Assembly: GCA_036559945.1 (NCBI GenBank)
Contig: DATBSG010000356.1
Span: 1-56,082, forward strand
Origin: Pyrinomonadaceae bacterium
GTDB taxonomy: Bacteria; Acidobacteriota; Blastocatellia; Pyrinomonadales; Pyrinomonadaceae
Direction: 5' to 3'
Length of the DNA stretch: 56,082 nt
The notes below the pieces were generated by a model. That model saw only the letters and a program-made list of their open reading frames with translations. It had not been told where the DNA came from and made no database searches. How positions within the stretch are numbered: position 1 is the stretch's first letter; each line of letters begins with the position of its first letter. The position numbers and the translations under genes were made by a program. Positions 36,231 to 45,497 of the stretch are shown here, piece after piece.

Positions 36231-37259
36231 TTAGATCAGTCTACGACGCGTCAGCGCTGATTGCAGTAGCGGCTCGATCTGCGTCTGAATTTCCCGATTG
36301 GCATAGCCGGCCCAGGCCACGTCAGGATCGACTGCGAGCCGCGCGTTGAGTTGGCTTCCGGAGATGTCGGTGACGATGACGCCGGCTTCGCGGGCAATTA
36401 ACTCGGTGCACACGTCGTAAGGATGACAACAAATACCGAGCGGCGAACCGCGCTCGTTTAAAATATTTCTCAGCAGCGGACGAATGTCGGCCACAAATCG
36501 ATCATGACCGCTCATCAATTCGTAAAGCTGTCCGCCTGAAGAGGCATACTGATCTTCGAAGCAGTGGGCCTTACCGGGCGACACGGCGCCCAAAGCGCCG
36601 TAAACAATCTCTTCATCAATCGCGGCGAGCTCATCACGAGCGCCGGGAAAGAATCGGGAGATTCCTGCATAGCCATGCGCGATTGTTTTTGCGCGGGACG
36701 GCTGCAAAGTGATTTGACTGCTTTGTTTCGTCACGCGGTTGAAGCGTTCGCTGTGTACACCTTCACCGCGAATAGCCCAGAGCACATCCGACAAGTGCTG
36801 CTTGACCAGAGGGATCTCGGTTTGAATCGCGAATTGGATGTCGCTCAGGTTTGTATCAGGGCCACAATTAGGCGCGATGCCGGTCAGGACCCAGCCACTC
36901 CGTTTCTGATACATCAACCCGCGGCTACCATCAATCGGATCGACGATGATCCGCCACGCCGCATCTTCCTCAGATGCTTGCAGCGGAAGCACAAGCTTTC
37001 CACTGGGAAGGCCCTCGGCAATCAAAACAATTGGAGCAAGGGGAGCAATCTCGTCATGGAAGAAATCGATCACGAGTTGTTCGCTGATGCAATCGACTGC
37101 GTAGATCGTGTCGCCTTCTTCTTCGCGGGCAACCTCAGCCACTGTCTCGATCGACGAGTGTTCGCAAGCCTCGGCAACTGTCTGACGAATGGTCTCGTGG
37201 AGACGCCGGACCGGCTGAAGCAATAATTGCAGGCCGAATTTGCTGGACTTCGTTGACAT
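36231..37259 (-). CDS. inositol-monophosphatase/FBPase-fold phosphatase-like protein
   Basis: Metal-binding motifs of the IMPase superfamily are present: [16 protein letters not shown], and the C-terminal [20 protein letters not shown] (a WDxAAG...EAGG equivalent). At 342 aa it is longer than classical IMPases. Spacers to its neighbours are 3 nt and 9 nt. Confidence 0.65.
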   Translation of the reverse strand: MSTKSSKFGLQLLLQPVRRLHETIRQTVAEACEHSSIETVAEVAREEEGDTIYAVDCISEQLVIDFFHDEIAPLAPIVLIAEGLPSGKLVLPLQASEEDAAWRIIVDPIDGSRGLMYQKRSGWVLTGIAPNCGPDTNLSDIQFAIQTEIPLVKQHLSDVLWAIRGEGVHSERFNRVTKQSSQITLQPSRAKTIAHGYAGISRFFPGARDELAAIDEEIVYGALGAVSPGKAHCFEDQYASSGGQLYELMSGHDRFVADIRPLLRNILNERGSPLGICCHPYDVCTELIAREAGVIVTDISGSQLNARLAVDPDVAWAGYANREIQTQIEPLLQSALTRRRLI

Positions 37260-37268
37260 GAAATGTAA

Positions 37269-38297
37269 TCAAGTTTGCTCAGTATAATGCACGTTCGGAA
37301 CCGCGCGCAGTTCGGCCGCCTTCTCTTCCGGCGAGGTGTCGCTTAAAAAATTGCCGCCGCCAATCTCCGGGCCGGCCAGATATTTCAGCAGGTTAGGCTT
37401 GCGCAATGGCGGATGAAACTCAATATGGAAATGAAATCCGCGATAGTCGCCGCCATCTGTCGGCGCCTGATGCAGCGGCATGACATACGGGAAAGGTATC
37501 CGCCATAAATTGTCAAAACGGACTACCGTGTCTTTCAAGACCTGCGCGAGGTCGCTGACTTCTTCGTCCGTCAGGGAAGCGATACTTTGGCGCGATCGTT
37601 TAGGCGCGACGAACACTTCGTAAGCGTGACGCGCAAAGTAAGGAACAAAGGCGATCGCCGTTTCGTTCTCGCAGAGAATGCGAGTCGCTTCACGCTGCTC
37701 GGCTGCGATTATGTCCTGAAAGAGTGAGCGGCCCGTCGCTGCCAAGTGACGGCGGCTGACACTCGCTTCAGTTTCGATTGTCTTGAATACAAAATTGGTC
37801 GCGTAAATCTGGCAGTGCGGGTGCGGGTTCGAGACGCCCACAACTTCGCCTTTGTTCTCGAAAATGAGCACATGATCGATCTCAGCCTGATTGCTGAGAT
37901 TGAGATATTCGCGCTGCCAGGCAGCGATCAGATTCTCGATCTCTCTGAGTTCGAGCTGGGCGAGCGACAAATCGTGCCGCGGCGAATAGCAAACTACGCG
38001 GGCTATTCCGCGCGCCGGGCGCGCTTGATAGATCGCGGCTATGGGTTCCAGCGGGTCGGGTGCGTCCAATCCCACGCAGGGATGATCGTTTTCGAAAACA
38101 TAGACGCCGCTGTAACGAGGATTAGTTGCGCCGCTCACGCGGGCATTGCCTGGGCACAGATGGCAGTCTTCGACATAGCGGGGACGATCAGCGCTTTCGT
38201 GTTTGACAACGTCACCACTCCAGGGACGATCCTGACGATGGGCCGCCACGATCACCCATTCTTCACGTAAAGGGTGCCATCGTTCTTCCCAGGTCAT
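37269..38297 (-). CDS. galT: galactose-1-phosphate uridylyltransferase (class I, HIT superfamily)
   Basis: Colinear by eye with E. coli GalT: RPW, the Zn site CHLCPGN, VFENKG...[10 protein letters not shown] (HxHxQ active site) and [11 protein letters not shown]. Confidence 0.9.
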   Translation of the reverse strand: MTWEERWHPLREEWVIVAAHRQDRPWSGDVVKHESADRPRYVEDCHLCPGNARVSGATNPRYSGVYVFENDHPCVGLDAPDPLEPIAAIYQARPARGIARVVCYSPRHDLSLAQLELREIENLIAAWQREYLNLSNQAEIDHVLIFENKGEVVGVSNPHPHCQIYATNFVFKTIETEASVSRRHLAATGRSLFQDIIAAEQREATRILCENETAIAFVPYFARHAYEVFVAPKRSRQSIASLTDEEVSDLAQVLKDTVVRFDNLWRIPFPYVMPLHQAPTDGGDYRGFHFHIEFHPPLRKPNLLKYLAGPEIGGGNFLSDTSPEEKAAELRAVPNVHYTEQT

Positions 38298-38360
38298 CGC
38301 GTATCCGGCAGTCGTGGTCCATTCATTGCGACTTTGCAGGTGACGAGAATCAATAGCGTC

Positions 38361-39404
38361 CTATGCAGGCGGTTCCGACCCCGTCCCGCCTGAATGGTCA
38401 GCGGCTAGAGGATTCGGTGCGCGCATGTCGGCGCCCAGAGACTCGCGCATGACTACAACCTGTCGCCGGTTGCGGCGCTCGCTCAAAATCTGATCAGCCA
38501 TCACGCCGAGCAGAATCACGGCGCCCATTACTGCAAAATCGAGCGAGCTCGGGATCCCCAACAAGTTGACGAGGTTGCGCAAGACTTGCAACAACGCCGC
38601 GCCGATGATGATTCCCAGCACTGAGCCCTCACCGCCGCGCAAAGAGCAGCCACCCAGAACTGCTGCGGCGATCCCGTAAAGTTCGTAAGCATTTCCATGG
38701 TTCGCCGGTGAGACTGAGTTGGTGTAGAAAGCGAAGATAATTCCCGACATAGCCGTCAGCGCTCCGGCGATCATATATGCAAATGTAATGATCGTGCGCG
38801 TGTTAATTCCGGCATAGCGAGCAGCTTCTGGATTGCGCCCGGTGGCAAACAGATACCGGCCATAGATGGATCGATGCAGCACAACCCAGGTCACAATGCT
38901 GATCAGAATCAGCAACACGAAGGGCATCGGCACACCAAACAAATTCCCATTTGCCAGGAAACGCAGAAAGTCCAAACCGCCGACGGTGCCGAACCCTTTG
39001 GTTTCGTCTTTCGTGATGAAACGCGCCAGACCTCGATAAAACAGGAGACCGCACAGCGTAACGATGAACGGCTGCATGTTCACACGCGTAATCAGCAATC
39101 CATGAATCAGCGTCAGAAACATGGCCACCGCAAAGCACGCCAGCACTGCGATAACTACTCCGAACTTCCATTCGGTTAACATCATCGACAAAAGGACGCC
39201 GAGCAGAGCCATCATCGAGCCAACCGACAGTTCGATTCCGCCCGTGATGATGACCAGGCCCAAGCCGATGCTGAAAATACCGAACGCGCCAATCTGCCGC
39301 GCGAGATTTTGCAAGTTGATGGCCAGGAGGAAATTCGGGTTGATCGCCGAAACGACGACGCAAAGGACGATGAGGAGAATGAGTATGCCCAACTCTTTTT
39401 TCAT
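38361..39404 (-). CDS. sugar ABC transporter permease (RbsC/monosaccharide CUT2 type)
   Basis: About 10 hydrophobic segments. Contains the GGIELSVGS motif and the ...TGRNPEAARYAGIN loop typical of ribose/xylose-type permeases. Confidence 0.85.
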   Translation of the reverse strand: MKKELGILILLIVLCVVVSAINPNFLLAINLQNLARQIGAFGIFSIGLGLVIITGGIELSVGSMMALLGVLLSMMLTEWKFGVVIAVLACFAVAMFLTLIHGLLITRVNMQPFIVTLCGLLFYRGLARFITKDETKGFGTVGGLDFLRFLANGNLFGVPMPFVLLILISIVTWVVLHRSIYGRYLFATGRNPEAARYAGINTRTIITFAYMIAGALTAMSGIIFAFYTNSVSPANHGNAYELYGIAAAVLGGCSLRGGEGSVLGIIIGAALLQVLRNLVNLLGIPSSLDFAVMGAVILLGVMADQILSERRNRRQVVVMRESLGADMRAPNPLAADHSGGTGSEPPA

Positions 39405-39410
39405 GATGAG

Positions 39411-40925
39411 TTACTCGCGCAAACCGCCGGTCGCCAGGCGCATAATTGCTTCTTCGGTAAATTGATCGCGGTTCAGAGTTCCGGCAATTCTGCCTTCGTG
39501 CATGACCGCCAGCCGATCACTGATGCCGAGCGCTTCTTCCATCTCGCTGCTGATGGCAATGATCGAAACGCCTTCGCCGGCAAGCTTGCGAATCAAAGCA
39601 TAGATTTCTGATTTCGCGCCCACATCGATGCCCCGCGTGGGCTCGTCGAAAATCAACACCTTCGGCGAAAGCGTAAGCCACTTTGCGAGCACGACTTTCT
39701 GTTGGTTGCCGCCGCTGAGGTTCGCTGTCTTCATTTCAGGCGATGAAGCTTTAATGTTAATCGATTGACAGGCTTGCTTGGCGACCGCTCTTTCTTTAGC
39801 AGAATTGATCAGCCCGGCAGTCGCATATCGATCCAAGCCCGGAAGGGAAACGTTTTCGCGCACCGTGAAGTCAACAATCAGACCGCTAGTGCGGCGGTCC
39901 TCGGGCACGAGGTAGATACCTTCTTTGATCGCGTCTTGTGGCGATTCGACGTGCAACGGCTTGCCGGCAAGGCTGATATCGCTTTCAGCTGTCGCATCGA
40001 CGCCAAAAATTGCGCGGGCAACTTCGGACCGTCCGGCGCCGACCAAGCCCGCGAGGCCCAGCACCTCTCCTCGACCGACGCCGAAACTTACCAGATGATT
40101 GGGATACCTCGTGGTGCGCAGACGCCGCACAGCGAACCAATCTTGCCCATTTTTCTTTCCCCCGCTCCCGCTTGCAGATTTGAAAAAATCTTTCAGGTCA
40201 CGCCCGACCATCATGCGGACCATCCGGTCATGATTAATCTCGCTTCGCTTGAGCTCGCCCACGTTGCGCCCATCGCGCAGGACGACTGCGCGATCACCGA
40301 TTTCTTCGATTTCATGCAAGCGGTGCGAGATGTAGATGATGCTTACGTCGTGCGCTTTGAGATCTTTCACGATTTCCAGCAGGCGGCGCGTCTCAGTGAG
40401 CGTGAGACTGGACGTTGGTTCATCCATTATCAGAATGCGCGCGCCGGCTGAGATGGCCCTGGCGATTTCCACCAGTTGCTGCTGGGCCAACGAGAGTCTG
40501 ACCAGTGGCGTGCGGCTGGAAATATCGAGGCCCAGCTTTGCCAGCAATGCGTCCGCTTCGCGATAGAGTTTGTCGCGGTCAATCAGCTTGAGCCAGCCCC
40601 CTTTCGTCGGCTCGCGACGCAGAAGAATGTTGGCGCCGACATCGAGATTATCGAGGACACTCAACTCCTGATGGATGAACTCGATGCGACGAGCGCTGGC
40701 TTCTCTGGGCGAGTGAATTTCGATCTGTTCGCCATCGAGGCGGATTGATCCAGCGTCTTGTTGAATCACACCTCCAAGAATTTTCATCAGCGTTGATTTG
40801 CCGGCGCCATTCTCGCCAATTAAGGCGACAATCTCGGCACTGTTCACCTCGAGATTGACCTGTTCGAGCGCGACCACGCCGGGGAAGCGCTTGCTGATCG
40901 CGGACATTTCGAGGACTGGAGTCAT
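39411..40925 (-). CDS. sugar ABC transporter ATP-binding protein (duplicated ABC domains, RbsA/MglA type)
   Basis: Two ABC cassettes. Walker A GENGAGKST, signature LSLAQQQ then ILIMDEPT. The second domain has LSGGNQQKV and LIFDEPTRGIDVGA. There are 6 nt between its stop and the permease start. Confidence 0.9.
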   Translation of the reverse strand: MTPVLEMSAISKRFPGVVALEQVNLEVNSAEIVALIGENGAGKSTLMKILGGVIQQDAGSIRLDGEQIEIHSPREASARRIEFIHQELSVLDNLDVGANILLRREPTKGGWLKLIDRDKLYREADALLAKLGLDISSRTPLVRLSLAQQQLVEIARAISAGARILIMDEPTSSLTLTETRRLLEIVKDLKAHDVSIIYISHRLHEIEEIGDRAVVLRDGRNVGELKRSEINHDRMVRMMVGRDLKDFFKSASGSGGKKNGQDWFAVRRLRTTRYPNHLVSFGVGRGEVLGLAGLVGAGRSEVARAIFGVDATAESDISLAGKPLHVESPQDAIKEGIYLVPEDRRTSGLIVDFTVRENVSLPGLDRYATAGLINSAKERAVAKQACQSINIKASSPEMKTANLSGGNQQKVVLAKWLTLSPKVLIFDEPTRGIDVGAKSEIYALIRKLAGEGVSIIAISSEMEEALGISDRLAVMHEGRIAGTLNRDQFTEEAIMRLATGGLRE

Positions 40926-40958
40926 AGTCGCCGGCGCGGGGTTGATGCCGCGTCAGAA

Positions 40959-40987
40959 CCGCCTGCGGTAGCGGGCGGTTGATCTTT
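40959..40987. repeat. GC-rich hairpin repeat related to the 6218-6244 module (REP-like), inside the SBP-ATPase spacer
   Basis: CCGCCTGC-GGTA-GCGGGCGG is an imperfect hairpin. The 23-mer GCGGTAGCGGGCGGTTGATCTTT (40965-40987) matches GCGGCAGCGGGCGGTAGACCTTT (6222-6244) at 20/23 positions. Confidence 0.45.
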
Positions 40988-41030
40988 GGACTGAGAGACG
41001 ATCAATAACGCTAGTAGGCGGTCCCTGACC

Positions 41031-42014
41031 TTAACGTCCACGGAGTTGATTAATTCGCTTCATAAAATCCTCGACCTGTTCTTTCTTGATCGCCAACGTC
41101 GGAACGAATATCTGCTTGCTCGCCGGAATCTGAGAACGATCGCCGTCCAGCATGCTGCTCATTAACTTCATTGACTGATAGCCGAATTCGAAGGGTTGCT
41201 GGACCACGGTGGCGTAAATCGATCCCTCCTTGATTCCATTCAGCGTCTCATCTTCCTCGTCAAAAGCGATGATCTTGATCTTGCCGATTTTTCCTGCGTC
41301 ACGCACCGCCCCCAGGATCGTCGGTCCGTTATAAGCCCACAACCCAACCATGCCCGCCAGGTCCGAATGATTAACCAAAGCGTCGGCGGCGTTCGATTTC
41401 GCGCGAACTCGATCCGCGTTGTCGGTGCGCACGTCGAGAATCTGGATGTTCGATCCCTGAAGTGTTTCTTTCAAACCCTGATACCGCTGCTGTGCGTTCG
41501 CTGCGTCGAGTGTGCCTACGAAAATCATTATCTTTCCACCTTGCGGCAGGGCCTCCTTGACCAGCGTGCCGGCCTGGCGTCCCGCAGCAATGTTGTCCGT
41601 ACCTATGTAGCAAACGCGATTGCTGTTCGGCGCGTCGCTGTCTTGCGTGATCACCAGAGCCTGTTGCGCGGCGCGATTTAGCATCTGAAGTTGATTGACC
41701 GGATCGACTGGACTGATCGCGATGCCGTTAACTCCCTTGGCCAGCAGATCATCCACAATGCGAGTTTGTTCGGCTGCGGTGCCGTCTGAATCGATTCTGA
41801 ATTCGATGTCGGTGCCAGGAAGTTCAGCCGCGGCCTTCTCGGTACCCTTGCGGGCAATGGTCCAAAAATCGGAAGCGTTGTTGGTAACAAAAGCAAGCCT
41901 GTAATGTTTGCTCCCACCGGTTTGCTTGCAGGCGGCAATAAATAGCGACAAGCCGATCAGCGCAAAGCACACCGACGTGCAGGCCAACCGCGAAGGAATT
42001 CTTCTGGTTTTCAT
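41031..42014 (-). CDS. sugar ABC transporter substrate-binding lipoprotein (periplasmic binding protein, RbsB-like)
   Basis: The lipobox LFIAAC follows a signal peptide. Type I PBP fold motifs are present: YRLAFVTNN, GVNGIAISPVD, IIAFDE and ATVVQQPFEFGY. Confidence 0.85.
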   Translation of the reverse strand: MKTRRIPSRLACTSVCFALIGLSLFIAACKQTGGSKHYRLAFVTNNASDFWTIARKGTEKAAAELPGTDIEFRIDSDGTAAEQTRIVDDLLAKGVNGIAISPVDPVNQLQMLNRAAQQALVITQDSDAPNSNRVCYIGTDNIAAGRQAGTLVKEALPQGGKIMIFVGTLDAANAQQRYQGLKETLQGSNIQILDVRTDNADRVRAKSNAADALVNHSDLAGMVGLWAYNGPTILGAVRDAGKIGKIKIIAFDEEDETLNGIKEGSIYATVVQQPFEFGYQSMKLMSSMLDGDRSQIPASKQIFVPTLAIKKEQVEDFMKRINQLRGR

Positions 42015-42088
42015 TCTGTCTCCCTTTCTTTTTTACAGCGGCAGGATTCTGCGACGCGCCACGCTCTCGCGTCAAGAAGGATTCATCT

Positions 42089-43585
42089 TTACTGCTCGAT
42101 CTGTTCTAAGCCCTTCAGTGCGGGATAGACCCTGCGAAACTTTTCGTATTGCTGATCGAGAATCTTCATCGACTCGGCATTTGGCTCAACCGTGGAAGCA
42201 ATCCGCACGACGGCGCCGCAAGCCGCATCGACGGAGGGCCACGCACCTGCACCTACGCCGGCCAGTAGTGCTGCCCCGTACGCGGCGCCTTCTTCGGCTT
42301 CGACCGTCTTCACGGCGCGGCCGTAAATGTCCGCTTGAATCTGTCGCCAGAGCTTCGACCGCGCGCCGCCACCGCCCAGCCTTACTTCAGCGACCGGAAC
42401 ATTCAACTCTTTGAAGATCTCAAATGTGTCGCGGAGGCTGAACGCCACGCCCTCAAGTATCGCGCGCACGACGTGCGCGCGCGTGTGACTCGCGGTGAGG
42501 CCAACCAGTGCGGCTCGTGCATCAGGATCCAAATGAGGGGTCCGCTCGCCCATCAGGTAAGGTGTCCAGATCAAGTCATCAGCGCCCGCCGACACACGCC
42601 GGGCTTCTTCAGTCAATCGCTCGTAAGGATCGCGCCCATCATCGGCGCCCGCGCCGAATTGATCGCGAAACCATCTCAGCGAAAGGCCTGCGCCTTGAGT
42701 TACACCCATCACGTGCCAGCGTCCCGGCACTGCATGACAAAAGGTGTGCACGCGCCCTTTAGGATCAAGCGCCGGCCTGTCACTGGCGGCAAATACAACG
42801 CCGGACGTGCCAATGGTTGCGCTCACTGTGCCGGCGCGAACGATTCCCATGCCCACGGCGCCTGCAGCTTGATCGCCGCCGCCGGCGACTATCGGCGTGC
42901 CTTCGCGCAGGCCGGTTGCTTCGGCTCCCGATTTCGAAACTGCTCCAGTTACTTCCGGCGATTCGTAGACGCGAGGCAACAGCCCTGGATCAATTTCAGC
43001 AACAGACAACATCTGCTCGGACCATTTACGGCCGGCAACATCAAAGAGCAAGGTCCCGGAAGCGTCGGCGACGTCCGTGGCCTTTTCACCGCTCAGCCGC
43101 AGCCGGACATAGTCTTTCGGCAGCATCACTGAGCGGACGTTGTTCCATATCTCAGGTTCGAACTCGCGCACCCAAAGCATCTTGGGCAAAGTGAAACCGG
43201 TTAACGCCGGATTACAGGTGAGTTCGATGAGCTTTTCGGCGCCAACCTTCGCAGTGATGGCGATGCACTGCGCACCCGTGCGTTGATCGCACCAGATGAT
43301 CGAGGAGCGCAGCACTTCGTCTCGCGCATCCAGCAGCACCGTGCCATGCATCTGTCCCGAAAGACCAATAGCCCCGATGTCTTCTGCCTTCTCGTTCGCT
43401 AAGATCTGACGAATGGCGAATGTCGATGCCCGCCACCAATCGCGCGGGTCTTGTTCCGCCCATCCGGTTTGCGCGGAAGCAAACGGCACGTGCTCGACTG
43501 TCGCCGAAGCGGTGACTCGCCCATCAGTTTCGACGACCACGGCACGTGTACCGCCAGTTCCCACGTCGATTCCCAGGAATTTCAT
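42089..43585 (-). CDS. xylB: xylulokinase (FGGY family)
   Basis: ATG at 43585 gives MKFLGIDVGTGGTRAVVV. Also contains GWAEQDPRDWW, GLSGQMHG, IWCDQR and GGGARS..W.QI.ADI, typical of XylB. The ORF-track start at 43621 is likely too early. Confidence 0.85.
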   Translation of the reverse strand: MKFLGIDVGTGGTRAVVVETDGRVTASATVEHVPFASAQTGWAEQDPRDWWRASTFAIRQILANEKAEDIGAIGLSGQMHGTVLLDARDEVLRSSIIWCDQRTGAQCIAITAKVGAEKLIELTCNPALTGFTLPKMLWVREFEPEIWNNVRSVMLPKDYVRLRLSGEKATDVADASGTLLFDVAGRKWSEQMLSVAEIDPGLLPRVYESPEVTGAVSKSGAEATGLREGTPIVAGGGDQAAGAVGMGIVRAGTVSATIGTSGVVFAASDRPALDPKGRVHTFCHAVPGRWHVMGVTQGAGLSLRWFRDQFGAGADDGRDPYERLTEEARRVSAGADDLIWTPYLMGERTPHLDPDARAALVGLTASHTRAHVVRAILEGVAFSLRDTFEIFKELNVPVAEVRLGGGGARSKLWRQIQADIYGRAVKTVEAEEGAAYGAALLAGVGAGAWPSVDAACGAVVRIASTVEPNAESMKILDQQYEKFRRVYPALKGLEQIEQ

Positions 43586-43721
43586 CTTCGTTATCTGATT
43601 CGCGCGCCGGTTTCTTAACACATCTTATACGGTACGAAAAGAATTTTGTGACCCTGTTTCTTCAGCTTAGTCAATCAGTCCGATTCAAACCGTTAGCTTG
43701 CGAGCGCGTGTGAAAACCGGC

Positions 43722-43749
43722 TTGCAAGCAAACAAGCGCGTGCTAGAAT
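43722..43749 (+). promoter_or_regulatory. candidate sigma70-type promoter (TTGCAA-N16-TGcTAGAAT) for the GH51-led plus-strand operon
   Basis: TTGCAA sits at 43722-43727 and TAGAAT at 43744-43749, with an extended -10 TG at 43741-43742 and a 16-nt spacer. The octamer AGCGCGTG occurs twice (43703-43710 and 43735-43742); the second copy overlaps the spacer/-10 and could be an operator. The palindrome GCTTGCAAGC lies at 43720-43729. Confidence 0.3.
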
Positions 43750-43805
43750 CACCGCCGAGCCAGATTCAAGACTCGGTAACGTTCTGTGTTGCAGAGAAGC
43801 AGACT

Positions 43806-45485
43806 ATGAAAAGACGCGACTTTCTGATTGCCGGTACCACCGGCGGCGCGATACTGCTCGGAAGCCGGCGTAGGTCTCTCGAACTCGATTGGCGCCGAAT
43901 AATTCCCTTCGCCGCTGCTGTCGATTCTCGAATCGAAGTGCTGATTGATGAACCGGTCGGAACGATCGCGCCGGAAATCTATGGCCACTTCGCTGAGCAT
44001 TTGGGCGCCGTCATCTACGACGGGATCTGGGTGGGCGAGAACTCGAAAATTGCGAACATCGGCGGAATCCGCAAGTCGCTCGTCGACGCAATGAAGAAGA
44101 TCAGGCCAGGTCTCGTGCGCTGGCCGGGCGGGTGTTTCGCGGACAGCTATGACTGGCGCGACGGCATCGGACCAAAAGCGCAGAGGCCACGCCGCACCAA
44201 CTTCTGGCGAGATGCCGGCGAGTGGCCCAAGGGCGTGCCCGATGGCCCGTGGAAGCACGAAACTAATCAATTCGGCACCGATGACTTTGTGCGTTTTTGT
44301 AGACTTGTTGGGGCTGAACCTTACATCGCGGCGAATGTGCGGAGCCTTTCGGCAAAAGATTTTTACCAATGGGTCGAGTACTGCAACTCGCCCGCAGGTG
44401 AAACGACCTTAGCTGACGTTCGTGCCGCTTCCGGTCAGCGCGAAGCATATAACGTACGGTTCTGGGGTGTCGGCAACGAGTCTTGGGGGTGCGGCGGCAA
44501 CTTAACTCCAGAGGAATACTCCGCAGAATATCGTCGCTTTACCGCCTGGGTTCCAGGGTACGGTGTGCACCTGGCGTTTATAGGGTCAGGTCCGAATGGT
44601 GGAGATCTCAACTGGACTCGCGGCTTTTTCAGCAAGTTGGCCGAGCGAAACGCCCTCGGCAGCCTGTGGGGTTGGGGCTTGCACGACTATTCGTGGAACG
44701 TAAGTGGCGGCCGCACGAATGATTGGCGGCAGGGAAAAGGCGACGCGCTGAACTATCCGGATGAAGAATGGTACGAGCTGTTAGATCAAGGCGATCAGAT
44801 TGAATCACTGATCACAAATCAATGGGTCGTGATGGGCGAAAGCGATCGCGCGCATCGCATCAAGTTGGTAGTCGATGAATGGGGCGCATGGTACCGGCCC
44901 GGCACAGAAGCTGCTAACACACATCTGCTGGGCCAACAGTCGACAATTCGTGATGCCGTGCTTGCCGGCTTGACGCTGGATACGTTTAATCGCCATGCAG
45001 AAAAGGTCGGCGCCGCCAACATCGCGCAACTGGTCAACTGTTTGCAGTCTCTTTTTCTTGCTTATGAAGATAAGTTCGTGGTGACTCCGACGTATCATGT
45101 CTTCGACATGTATTCGGCTCATCAACGAGGCAAATCGCTCAGAACGATCGTCTCGTCACCGCGCGCACTTTATACCCGCAACGGACAAGCGGCCTCGATC
45201 CGAGCCCTAAATGGATCGGCTTCGCTTCACGACCGCCGGTTAACGCTGACAGTTACCAACGGTGATTTAAAAAACGCGCGTGAAGCAGAAATCGCATTGC
45301 GCGGAGCGACCATCAAGGAGCTGAGCGGTCTCACTCTGACCGCGTCAGACATTCGTGCTCACAACAGTTTTGAAAATGCGCGCAACGTCGAACCCAAAGC
45401 TATCGGAATGATGCGAGCTGCCAATCCGCTGGTTTATGTATTCCCGCCCGCCTCGGTAACGCGATTAGACCTTGGTTTAGCGTGA
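43806..45485 (+). CDS. glycoside hydrolase family 51 alpha-L-arabinofuranosidase, Tat-exported
   Basis: ATG at 43806 gives the twin-arginine leader MKRRDFLIAGTTGGA. GH51 motifs are present: IYGHFAEHLG, VRWPGGCFADSYDWRDGIGP, TNQFGTDDF, WVEYCN and WGVGNESWGCGG (acid/base E). Confidence 0.85.
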   Translation: MKRRDFLIAGTTGGAILLGSRRRSLELDWRRIIPFAAAVDSRIEVLIDEPVGTIAPEIYGHFAEHLGAVIYDGIWVGENSKIANIGGIRKSLVDAMKKIRPGLVRWPGGCFADSYDWRDGIGPKAQRPRRTNFWRDAGEWPKGVPDGPWKHETNQFGTDDFVRFCRLVGAEPYIAANVRSLSAKDFYQWVEYCNSPAGETTLADVRAASGQREAYNVRFWGVGNESWGCGGNLTPEEYSAEYRRFTAWVPGYGVHLAFIGSGPNGGDLNWTRGFFSKLAERNALGSLWGWGLHDYSWNVSGGRTNDWRQGKGDALNYPDEEWYELLDQGDQIESLITNQWVVMGESDRAHRIKLVVDEWGAWYRPGTEAANTHLLGQQSTIRDAVLAGLTLDTFNRHAEKVGAANIAQLVNCLQSLFLAYEDKFVVTPTYHVFDMYSAHQRGKSLRTIVSSPRALYTRNGQAASIRALNGSASLHDRRLTLTVTNGDLKNAREAEIALRGATIKELSGLTLTASDIRAHNSFENARNVEPKAIGMMRAANPLVYVFPPASVTRLDLGLA

Positions 45486-45497
45486 GTCGAGCCTACC

